Origin: Macrostomum lignano
Taxonomy: Eukaryota
DNA length: 64,000 nt
NCBI GenBank assembly: GCA_002269645.1
Contig: NIVC01000132.1
Span: 310,001-374,000 of the forward strand
Direction of reading: 5' to 3'
The translations under genes and the position numbers were made by a program. Positions 52,342-62,909 of the stretch are shown in pieces (within the stretch, counting starts at the first letter, position 1; every line of letters starts with the position of its first letter). The notes beneath the pieces were generated by a model. It ran no database searches. It saw only the letters and a list, made by a program, of their open reading frames with translations, and had not been told where the DNA came from.

Positions 52342-53537
52342 CAGAGGCGTCGCCATGACTAAATTCCTACATGTAACATTATTTTGAGAATCGGTGCTGT
52401 TAGAACTCATTTTGGCGCCGCAGGCAGGCGCTCATTTTAGCGCCGCAGGCAGGCACTCATTTTGGCGCCGCAGGCAGGCACTCATTTTGGCGCCGCAGGC
52501 AGGCGCTCATTTTAGCGCCATAGGCAGGCGCTCATTTTGGCGCCGCATTCAGGCACTCATTTTGGCGCCGCATTCAGGCACTCATTTTGGCGCCGCATTC
52601 AGGCACTCATTTTGGCGCCGCAGGCAGGCGCTCATTTTAGCGCCGCAGGCAGGCGCTCATTTTGGCGCCGCAGACAGGCACTCATTTTGGCGCCGCAGGC
52701 AGGCGCTCATTTTAGCGCCGCAGGCAGGCGCTCATTTTGGCGCCGCATTCAGGCACTCATTTTGGCGCCGCAGGCAGGCGCTCATTTTAGCGCCGCAGGC
52801 AGGCGCTCATTTTGGCGCCGCAGACAGGCACTCATTTTGGCGCCGCAGGCAGGCGCTCATTTTGGCGCCGCAGCCAGGCGCTCATTTTGGCGCCGCAGGC
52901 AGGCGCTCATTTTGGCGCCGCAGACAGGCGCTCATTTTGGCGCCGCAGACAGGCGCTCATTTTGGCGCCCTGAAGCAAAACCAGGGGCGTCGCTACCTGG
53001 GGGGGGACATCGCCCCATAGTAAAAGCTATGGGGGGACATCGCCCCATAGTAAAAGCATTGGGGGGACATCGCCCCATAGTAAAAGCTATGGGGGGACAT
53101 CGCCCCATAGTAAAAGCTATGGGGGGACATCGCCCCATAGTAAAAGCTATGGGGGGACATCGCCCCATAGTAAAAGCTATGGGGGGACATGCCAATGCTT
53201 TGTCGCCCCACCCTACCTTGTGACCCGTTATGGAAATCAATAATTTTGCTTCAGGTGACAAAATGTAGGGCCTGCGATGCCAAAATGAGTGCCTGCGACG
53301 CTAAAACGAGGGCTAAAAACACCGATTCTGAAAATAATGTACAGTTAGAAATTTAATCATGTACATGTACACAAGTAGAATTCTTGGCTTTGCCCCCCCA
53401 CCACCATAAAATCCATGGTGACGCCCCTGAGCAGAACTATAATATCGATTTTCACAACGGGCCACAAGTTGGGGTGGGGAGAAAAGCATTGGCATGTCCC
53501 CCATAGCTTTTATGGGGGGGACATATGTTCGCCTCTG
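52342..53537. mobile_element. hAT-type non-autonomous element A (MITE) with an internal 25-bp minisatellite (~52405-52970)
   Basis: 8-bp TIR CAGAGGCG...CGCCTCTG. Perfect 8-bp TSD GATGGTGA at 52334-52341 and 53538-53545. Confidence 0.9.
52982..53429. mobile_element. hAT-type MITE B nested in A in the opposite orientation, with an internal 30-bp minisatellite (~53001-53190)
   Basis: TIR CAGGGGCGTC(G/A)C. 8-bp TSD AGCAAAAC / AGCAGAAC (7/8 match). Colinear homology to the reverse complement of A. Confidence 0.9.
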
Positions 53538-53645
53538 GATGGTGAAAATGGTCAGTTTTGCGTATTTAAAAGCATAGCGTCTTACTTAACGATGGTCAGT
53601 AGTCTGTATAGAAGAGCTAACTTTCACCCTTTCAATGCGCGGCAG

Positions 53646-53844
53646 TTCGAGCGCAATGATCGACTCTTCACTATTCGAGCTGGTCTACAACAAGGAGGCG
53701 CCGCGAGATTCCACAGTCACCGAAGACGAAGAGTTGGACTCGACGATGGCCTGCGCTATTTCTAAGAAAGACGCCATCTCCCAGCACTTCCTGCGAAGTG
53801 GCGGCCTCGACTCGTTCAAATCTGGCGAGGCTGGCAGAGTCAAG
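53646..53844 (+). CDS. Gene 3 exon 2
   Basis: GGCAG acceptor in phase 2, AAG|GTTAGC donor in phase 0, GC3-rich. Confidence 0.7.
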
Positions 53845-53938
53845 GTTAGCAGCTCATTTCAAGAACTGGCTGTATGATTTTCATGTATCCTCATCCAATT
53901 GTTGCCTTAATTCGAAAGCTGCACCGCGTCAATTTCAG

Positions 53939-54085
53939 CCGGTCAGGCTGACCCGAGAGATCGCCGATCTCATAGCCTGGGAGCTGGAGCTGCAGAGCAC
54001 GCCGCTCAGCCCTGATGAGCTGGACATGCTCTACACACACAGCATGGATAGGGTCATTGTGTCCAGCGAGCGGACCACCTTCTGA
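53939..54085 (+). CDS. Gene 3 exon 3 (PVRLTREIADLIAWELE...ERTTF*)
   Basis: AATTTCAG acceptor in phase 0 after a 94-nt intron; stop TGA. Confidence 0.7.
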   Translation, partial: PVRLTREIADLIAWELELQSTPLSPDELDMLYTHSMDRVIVSSERTTF

Positions 54086-55010
54086 TCCAGCCAAACAGTA
54101 AAGACGGTTACCACAGTTTTTAAGTACGAGCTAGATACTCCTGCAAGACTATGCAGACATCACTTTTTGAATTGCTACTTAATTCTCTCTCTAATTGCTG
54201 AATTTATTAATGCTTTCTCTAAGGACTACTCAAAGTAGAAGGACGGAACAGCGCGTTGTTTCTTAGAAAATTTTAGGAGGCAGGTTTTACTGAAAAATGC
54301 TTGGCGGAGATAGATGGGAAGTTTTCATTTTTCATTCTGTTGCACATTCTGTTACAGTCACTTATCTAAGAATGATAAAATAGATTCATAAAACCATGAA
54401 TGAGTTTAGTTTTGCCATTTGTCTATGATTAATAAACATAGCTCGTACTATACGAGCGTGCTTGTACAATTGTATGTATTTAAGATGCATATAAAATTAA
54501 CAAAAAAGCCCTAATTTTATTCTATAAACAAAAAGCTTTATGAATATCAATTTCTGTGCTGAAAAAATAAAAACCTATCCCTATAGTGCAACTGCAACTG
54601 TCCGGCTGCCCTATAAAATTTTCCTTGAAACGTAGTTACTAGTTTCCCTTTTATTGTACTTAAGTAGTCCTTGGCTTTCTCTCCTGTGAGGATGAAATAT
54701 TAATTTTTGCCTAGAGTGCTTTAAAAATCAATAGTAATAATTGCTTTAATTTTTTTACTCAAATGAAAATCAGCCTGTGCCAATCATAAGCTTGGATGTA
54801 GACATGTTCGTTAATTGTATATTTGTCGGTTGATAATTGCATGCATTAATTAATTGCCAGCATGTAGCTGTAGTGTAGTGTCTTACCACTAGTCGTAACG
54901 TGTGCATCCTGCAGTACATACTCTGCACCCTAAGAAAATCCTTCAGCAACCATGCTAAGCGATAGAAGTTCACTTTTTTGTTTTTTATGTGCGATATTAG
55001 TGATGAGGAC

Positions 55011-55189
55011 TGTGGTAGCGTGGGTCTGCTCAATTGCTCCGCTTAGTGTAATGTACAGTGCAGGTGTACACCTGCACGCGCGCGTGTGATTGGCTGACGC
55101 TTTGTCAGACAACCTTTATTGTTGGCCAGCTATATTAAATACAAGCTCTCTGCCTTGGGGGGTCTTACCCCCGAAGTGGAGTTTTCACA
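55011..55189 (+). repeat. 5' LTR (179 bp)
   Basis: Identical to 59406-59584. Contains ATTGG and a TATATTAAATA TATA-like motif. Confidence 0.97.
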
Positions 55190-55190
55190 G

Positions 55191-55200
55191 TGGCGACGAG
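55191..55200 (+). promoter_or_regulatory. Primer-binding site TGGCGACGAG
   Basis: 1 nt after the LTR. Complementary to the 3' end of tRNA-Ser(GCU) (...CTCGTCGCCA), from recalled metazoan tRNA sequence. Confidence 0.85.
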
Positions 55201-55220
55201 ACTGAAACGATCCTGCGCAA

Positions 55221-58200
55221 ATGAGTAGTGCAAGTGCACTAGGGCTTGTCGGCCAATACGAAGAAGGCTCTGAGCCGTGGCATATGTACCAAGCAAGGTT
55301 AGAACAATATTTTGTTGCCAATGACGTCACTGAGGAAGCGAAAAAGCGAGCGATTCTGCTGAGTTCATGCGGCAAGAAAGTCTTCCATCTGGCCTTCAGT
55401 CTTCTGTCTCCTGCACAGCCATCAGCCAAGAGCTACACCGAAATTTGTGAGGCACTGAAGAGCCATTTCGAGCCTGAGGAGTCCGAGATCGTCCATCGTT
55501 ACCGGTTCTACACCAGAAATCGCAGGGAAGGTGAGGGCGTCGCTGACTTTGTCGCAGACCTCCGAGACCTGGCTCGCGACTGCAAGTTCGGCGACAGCCT
55601 GACTTCGATGCTTCGCGACAGGCTGGTGCTGGGAATCAACAACGACGGCGCTCAGCGGCGGCTGCTGGCGGAGCCCGATCTCACTCTAGCGAAGGCATTG
55701 AAGCTGGCCCTGGCCCACGAGTCCGCCGCCAAGGGCTGCCAGCTGGTGTCGGGAGCGAGTAAGCCAGATCCAGTCAGTCAGGAGTCCGTCAGCATTGTCA
55801 AGCAACAGCAGAAGTCATCTTCGACAAGGAGGTGCTTCAGGTGCCTGTCAACGAAGCATCTCGCTAATAAGTGCCCGTTCGCCACCCAGAAGTGCTACAA
55901 GTGCTCAAAGACCGGCCACACTGCGGCTGCCTGCAAATCCCAGTCGAAGGACGATAGAAGAGAGGCTCTGCAGATGCAGGACGGTGAGGAAAAAGACAGC
56001 TGCGAGGAGGAAACGGCCCACTCACTGTACCAGCTGTCCGGCAAGCGAGTGTCGAAGGTGCCGCCGATTACAACGACGGTGCGCACCAATGGCCGACCTG
56101 TTGTCATGGAAGTGGACACCGGAGCCTCCGTGTCCCTGGTATCCTCGAAGACCTACAGGACCGTGCTCAACTCCCAGCCAGCACTGCAGCCTGCGTCCAT
56201 GCAGCTGCGAACATACTCCGGTGAGAAAGTGCCAATCGAAGGCTGCATCTGCGTTGCTGTGGAAGCTGCTGAAGCACCGCCCAAGTCACTCAGCCTCCTT
56301 GTGGTCGCCGGCTGCGGATCCGACCTGCTCGGAAGAGACTGGCTGTCCGAGTTGCGGCTCGACTGGAGATCAATCAAGCAAATGGCGGCTGCTCCGGAGG
56401 TGTCGCCCGGACTGCAGCAGCTGCTCGACAAGTACAGCGATGTTTTTTCGCCTGAGCTAGGAAAGTACAACGGACCACCAGTGAGTTTGAATATGAAACC
56501 CGATGCTCAACCTCGCTTTATGAAGGCCAGGAATCTCCCCTTTGCTGTGAAGGACAAGGTGGAGAGCCAACTGAACCGCGAGATCGAACAAGGAATCCTG
56601 GTGCCCGTGCAGCACTCCGAGTACGCATCGCCGGTGGTGCCAGTGCTCAAGTCCGACGGCTCTGTGAGGGTCTGCGCCGACTTCAAGCAGACCGTCAACC
56701 CGAACGTGGAGCCCGACTCGTATCCTCTGCCGCGGATCGAAGAGCTGTTCGCGAAGCTGACTGGTGGGCGGCTCTTCACTAAGCTCGACTTGTCGCAGGC
56801 GTACATGCAGCTGCCACTCGATGAGGCCTCCCAGGAAGTCTGCACGATCAATACGCACAAAGGGCTGCTTCGGTACACGCGGCTGCCCTTCGGTGTCTCG
56901 CCAGCGGTCGGGATTTTTCAGCGCCGGATGGACTGCTTGCTGCAAGGAATCACCAGCACCGCCTGCTTCATCGATGACCTCATCATCACCGGGAAGGACG
57001 ACAGCAGTCATCTGAACTCCCTGGAGCAGGTTCTGGAGAAGCTGAGCCAGAGCGGCCTCCGGTGCAAGCTGGAGAAGTGCCAGTTCATGCAGACGAGCGT
57101 CAGTTATCTCGGTCACCGCATCGATGCCGACGGCCTGCACCCGATCAAAGACAAGGTGGAGGCAATTGTCAGCGCTCCAGCTCCCAAGGACGCAACTCAG
57201 CTGCGCAGCTTCCTAGGCATGGTGAACTACTATGGCAAGTTCCTGCCTAATTTGTCTCAAGTCCTGGCACCGCTGCACCTGCTGCTGCGCGAGCAACACC
57301 GCTGGAACTGGGGCGCTGCTCATAACGCCGCTTTCGAGAAGTGCAAGGCCCTGCTGTCTTCGGCTCCGGTATTGGCGCACTTCGACCCGAGCGAAGACCT
57401 GCTGCTTGAGTGCGACGCGTCCCCCTACGGCCTGGGCGCGGTCATTAGCCACAGGATCGATGGAGCTGTCCGGCCTGTGGCCTTTGCCTCGCGTACGTTG
57501 CACGACGCTGAGAAAAACTACTCGCAGCTCGAGAAGGAAGCCCTCGCTGTAGTGTTTGCGGTCAAGAAGTTCAACGCGTACCTGTTCGGCCGCCCATTTC
57601 TGCTGGTGAGTGACCACAAACCTCTGCTTGGATTGCTTGCTGAGAACAAGGCCGTGCCGGCCATGGCATCTGGAAGAATTCAGAGGTGGGCTCTGCTGCT
57701 GTCTGGCTATAACTACCGCATGGTTCACCGAGCCGGAGCCTCACTGCTGTGCGCCGATGCCCTGAGTCGCCTGCCGCTGCCCGACAAGCCGGCGACGGTC
57801 CCGAAGCTGGCAGAGCTGGTCATGCTGATGGACCACCTAGACGATGGACCTGTCACGGCAGCTCAGATACGCGGCCTGACTCGAAGGGACCCCACACTAG
57901 CCCGAGCTCTGCACTTCACGCAAATCGGCTGGCCAGAGCGGGTCAGTGACGATCTGCTGCCATACTCCAAGAGAGCGGTTGAGCTCGGTGCGCAAGACGG
58001 CTGCCTCCTGTGGGGCGCTCGAGTGGTGGTCCCGGTCGGAGCGCGAGCTGCACTGCTCCAGGTGCTGCATCAAGGTCATGCGGGGGCGTCACGCATGAAG
58101 ACGCTAGCCCGAGGTTATTTCTGGTGGCCAGGATTAGACTCGGAGATTGAAAACCTGGCCAAGGCCTGCTTGACTGTCAGGAGTTGCAGAACGCCCCGGC

Positions 58201-59143
58201 GCCTTCGCCAATGTTGTCGTGGCCGTGGCCTGACCGACCGTGGTCTCGAGTGCATATCGACTATGCGGGTCCGGTGTCTGGCAAGATGCTGCTGGTTGTC
58301 GTCGATGCCCATTCAAAGTGGCTGGATGTGCATGTGGTGACGTCAGCGACCTCAGCTGTCACCATCCAGAAACTCCGCTCCAGCTTCGCGACACACGGGT
58401 TGCCAGATGTGCTGGTGTCGGACAATTGGCCCAACTTGGTCAGCGAGGAGATGTCCGATTTTCTGCGGAGGAACGACATTCAGCACGTGCGCGTTGCTCC
58501 CTACCATCCGGCGTCCAACGGCCTGGCGGAACGAGCTGTCCAGACGCTGAAGCGGTCCCTGGAGAAGCAGCGCGAAGGCTCCTTGGAGGATAAGGTCGCC
58601 CGGTTCCTGCTGAGCTACCGGGTCACTCCGCATGCGACAACTGGTGTGGCTCCCTGCGAACTCCTGATGGGACGGCGCCTGTGCACGTTGCTAGATCGAG
58701 CTCGGCCAGACCTGGGAGCAAGAGTACAGCGTAAGCAAGGTCAGCAAAAAGAGCACCACGACTGCAAAGCTCGGTTCCGGACCTTCGAGACTGACGACGC
58801 TGTACTCGCCAGAGACTTTGGAGCCAACGGAGGTCGGTGGAAGCCGGCGCGAGTTGTCGGTGCCGCCGATCCAGCCTCCTACCTGTGCGGCTTCGATGGC
58901 GACGACCGAGTGGTGCGGCGGCACGTTGACCATGTCCGCGGTGGTCCTGAGCAGCCGCGACCTACCGGAGCTGGCGTGACAGACGGTGCTACCGACGCCA
59001 AGGCCGCGCCTGAGCCGAAAGCTGCGATGCCGGCCGTGGACGAGCCGCCAAACCTGGCTGCTCCTGGAGACCCTGAGATCGACGGGTCTCTGCGCCTATC
59101 GTCGCGAGTTCGACGTCCCCCGGAGCGCCTGAGCTACGGGTGA
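55221..59143 (+). CDS. Gag-Pol polyprotein (2 CCHC knuckles, protease, RT, RNase H, integrase), broken by a 1-nt frameshift at ~58170
   Basis: CFRCLSTKHLANKC and CYKCSKTGHTAAAC; VDTGAS; LDLSQAY and FIDD; CDAS and DHKPL; HQGH..C..C; HIDYAG, SDN, NGLAER. The 55221 ORF switches to the 58184 frame. Confidence 0.95.
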
Positions 59144-59392
59144 CGTCATCTGTGAAAGAGACTGTTTTGATTGACTGTTGAGTTCGCACGTTTAATTTTG
59201 GATTTTGAACTTTGTTATGATTATGGTTTATTTTCCTTTATTCTGTTGTGTCGTTGCTTTCCTATCAGGCGTTTGCGTAGTTTTGGTGCTGGTTAATTAT
59301 TATTTATTATTAAGTTATTAAGTTTCGAGTTATTGTTCCTCACTAAAATGTGTTGCTCTAATGTATTCTCTTGCGATCCCTGATCCCCATGT

Positions 59393-59405
59393 AGATGGGG
59401 AGGGA
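59393..59405 (+). promoter_or_regulatory. Polypurine tract
   Basis: AGATGGGGAGGGA directly before the 3' LTR. Confidence 0.9.
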
Positions 59406-59584
59406 TGTGGTAGCGTGGGTCTGCTCAATTGCTCCGCTTAGTGTAATGTACAGTGCAGGTGTACACCTGCACGCGCGCGTGTGATTGGCTGACGCTTTGT
59501 CAGACAACCTTTATTGTTGGCCAGCTATATTAAATACAAGCTCTCTGCCTTGGGGGGTCTTACCCCCGAAGTGGAGTTTTCACA
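59406..59584 (+). repeat. 3' LTR (179 bp)
   Basis: Identical to the 5' LTR. Confidence 0.97.
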
Positions 59585-61770
59585 AGGACTAACTTTTTTT
59601 CAATAGTAGAATCGCACCTGAGTTCTCATGTCATTTTTCTTGTACTATTAGTAGGCTAGTTTATGGGTTTTTCTCCTTTATTTATTTATTTATTTATTTA
59701 TTAATTTTTTTATTTTGAGAATTGTTTCTTTGGGTTCTATTTCTGCTGAGTTATTTACGTCTGAAGGTCAACCTGAACTGATTTTGATTCACTATAACTA
59801 ACCACATGCAACTGCATCTTGTAGAATCTTGTACGGAGTGAAATTAAATTCAAAACAGGAAAAAGACACAATTGAGGGCCAGAAAACAAGCATAGAATTA
59901 GTTGCCTAACTTCCATACTATATAAGCTCAGGTCCTCATCAAAAAGATCCTTTCACCGCCCTCAGTTCGCTCAGTATGGCGCCAAGGACCACTGTCCTTG
60001 TATGGTGCCCCTCTAGTTGTTTCCAGTTCATTTCCACACAAAGAGTTGACAAAAGTTAGACTCTCAATACAGCTTGATCCCTGAGGTACCGAATGTCCCT
60101 GAGGTACCTTTTTTCTGAGTTTCGTACAATAAAGAAATGTGACGAATATATTTAGCCAACATCGATAAGTTGCAACAGCCCGATGATAATAGTCACAATG
60201 CAACATCTGAAAAGTCGAATTTAATACTGAAACATATGGTACATATGAACATATGAAACCGTACGGTACCGTGCGAATAGCCACTACGGTCCATGTGGAC
60301 CACGTGTATTTCTTAAAAAAACATGTCATAAAACAAACTTTTTGAAAGCATGCGTCAGGCTGAAGTATATAACTCACAATTTATAATAAATACGCTAATT
60401 ATAAAATAAATATTTTTTAGAATGCAGTAATGCTAAACTGATTTTTTATACATCACCACACAACATTTTCTGAACTGCTATATTCTGTGATATTTGATTT
60501 TGATCCAAAATGTCTCATTTTGCACCCCAAATGTGGAGTTTTGTTATTTTAATTTTCAATGGTTCAGTCTTATTGTGTGTATGTAAACATACAATTTATT
60601 GTTCTTGGTTAATTACTAGGACAGTTAAAAAAGACACAACTCACAAGTGTCTGCTATACAAGGTGTATACTACAGAATAAGGTATGGGTGCATCGTGCAT
60701 GCTGCATCACAAAAATCGTGGATTACCTCTAGTGATAACCGCTAAACAAGTGTGTTACTGTTATTTTAGAGGCAAGGGTAGATTGCTTAGTTTTTGTATA
60801 GTATAGTCTCTATAGCACATTAAGTTGCACATGAAGTTCTGTATATTTTGCATAATGGTTGCAACTTTAAGTTAAGAGCACTGCAATACCAGTTCTGCCT
60901 ATATAGCAACAAATTTGGTTGGAAGTGCTTATTCCCATGCCAATAATTCCAATTTTATTCACATGAATCTGTGTCGATAATTTCCAGCTTATCCCAATGG
61001 CAGCTTATTGGAATAGAGAACCTTAGGCCTAGTTAAAATGAATCTGTTCATCTTTCATTCAAAATTTTCTTTCAAAAATTATCTTTCGTGCAAAATTTGT
61101 TTTCACTGTTTTATAAATATTCAAAGTGTTTGGTAATGGTCTATTAATAAAATTGATTTATTTATAATCAATATTTTTATCAATAGATAACTAAGCTTAT
61201 TAGAGTTATTTATTTTTAAGATTAATTTTGCCTACAAGGTTATAAGTTTCTTTTAATAAGTAAGTACTGCATATTATAAAAATGCACATATGTTCAGAAT
61301 TGAAAAAACAAAGTCTAAATAAAATAAGAATATAGTTGTCATCATTACTAAGGCTACTATCAATATTAAAGGGGTGCTATTTTCTTTCTACTTGTAGGCT
61401 TGACATTATTAGGAATACCATTCCTTAAAGCACTTGATAGGGGTATTCCCACTCACTAGTTCTAGACATCGTTTCTACCAGGGCTTGAAAAAATGTATGC
61501 ACAGGCCACAAAAGAAAAATTTCCGCATACCCCTATGTTTTAAAAAATTTTCATGTTTTCATTTCTTGTCATGACCTTATGTTTCTAAATATGATTAAAT
61601 GTAAAGGTAAGTTCCCTTTGTGCCAATTCAAGTATATTTACCAATGAATAATAGTTGATAATGGTAATTAATTTTTCTTAGTTTGGGAGCAAGAATAGTT
61701 AATAAAGGTCTCATATTCTGATATAACAAAAAAATTGAAAATGTTGAAAAGGACATGATTTTATTCTTTT

Positions 61771-62563
61771 GGCTCATTCTATATAAGCATGGTCGTAACA
61801 TGACAGGTTATTTTTACTTATAAAATGAAATCTAATAATAGAATATACTAAACCAATATTTTAAATGAAATATTATTTTGTCTAGAATATATTTATAGAG
61901 TTTCATATAGATATCATCATTAGTATAGATGCTATTAAACCTTAAATGACATTTATAGTTGTAACGACAGGATTTTTGACATATAGAAACTAAAAGGTAA
62001 AAGTCTTATAACATTTTTCATTTTTGATATTTTGCAATACATTTTTAAAATTTGACTAAGAACATCTTTAGAAATCATACTCTTTTATTAGAATATATAA
62101 ACTCAAAAGGCAACAAAGATACAAAAGAAAAGGCAGCCTTATGGTCGTAACATTATGGTCGTAACATATTTTTTTCTGTCAATTCAGTAACTTTGAGGTA
62201 CTAATACATTAAAAATATAATAGATTATTTGGTCACCAATGCTTTTATCTGATGATGCAAGTACTATACTTTTATCTATAGTTTGTTTCAACCTTCAAAA
62301 GCTTTCTATTTGTTTTTAAAAGGTACAAAATCTTAATGATGTCTTTTGCTTCGAAAAATGTCCAAATTTTTACAAAAATGACTTTTTGCCAATTGATAAC
62401 ATACTAATCCAACATTTTACCATTCCTTTATTCTTAGATTGTATATATTGCACAATGCACAATATAAACATTTGGTAAAAAAATAGGCTAATTAGGCAAT
62501 GGCAAGCAAAAATATTGACTTTTTTCTATTTTCCAAATATGTCCATCTTATATGGAATGAGCC
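61771..62563. mobile_element. 793-bp AT-rich non-autonomous TIR element, superfamily unassigned
   Basis: TIR GGCTCATTC(T/C)ATATAAG (16/17), flanked by TTTT on both sides. Internal ATGGTCGTAACA occurs three times. Confidence 0.75.
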
Positions 62564-62909
62564 TTTTGCATTTAAGATCATAGAGGAGTAAAATTATAAT
62601 ATGCCAATCAGAAAAGCAACTGGGTTACTACAATAGAACAGGAGAACAAAATTTGTTTCAGTGGGTATAGTAGCGCTCGCTAACTGCTGAGGAGTGTGAA
62701 ACAATGATCAATGAGGTGGAATAGAGATTTAAAAGGAAGACAAGATGAAAATTAGCAGAATCATCTACTCATAATTAATTACTTCTTTGCCTTTTTATAG
62801 CAGCTGTAGGCGTCGCAGAAGCGCTGGTCCTAAGCTAAATAAGCTAAAAAGGCAGCAGGCAGCAAAATGTTCAGTGATCTGCTCAATGTCAGTAACAATG
62901 CTAATGTCC

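Larger units (their letters stand above)
55011..59584 (+). mobile_element. Full-length Ty3/Gypsy LTR retrotransposon (Mag-like)
   Basis: TG...CA LTRs at 55011-55189 and 59406-59584, identical over 179 bp. 5-bp TSD AGGAC at 55006-55010 and 59585-59589. PBS, PPT and gag-pol present. Confidence 0.98.

Noticed and set aside
54097-54107. GTAAAGACGGT resembling part of a flatworm spliced-leader sequence
   Set aside because: Only 11 nt, with no donor or Sm site following. Likely chance.
55795-58933. Alternative-frame and antisense ORFs inside the Gypsy element and gene 2
   Set aside because: Shadow ORFs from GC3-rich coding sequence. No env or extra gene is evident between pol and the 3' LTR.
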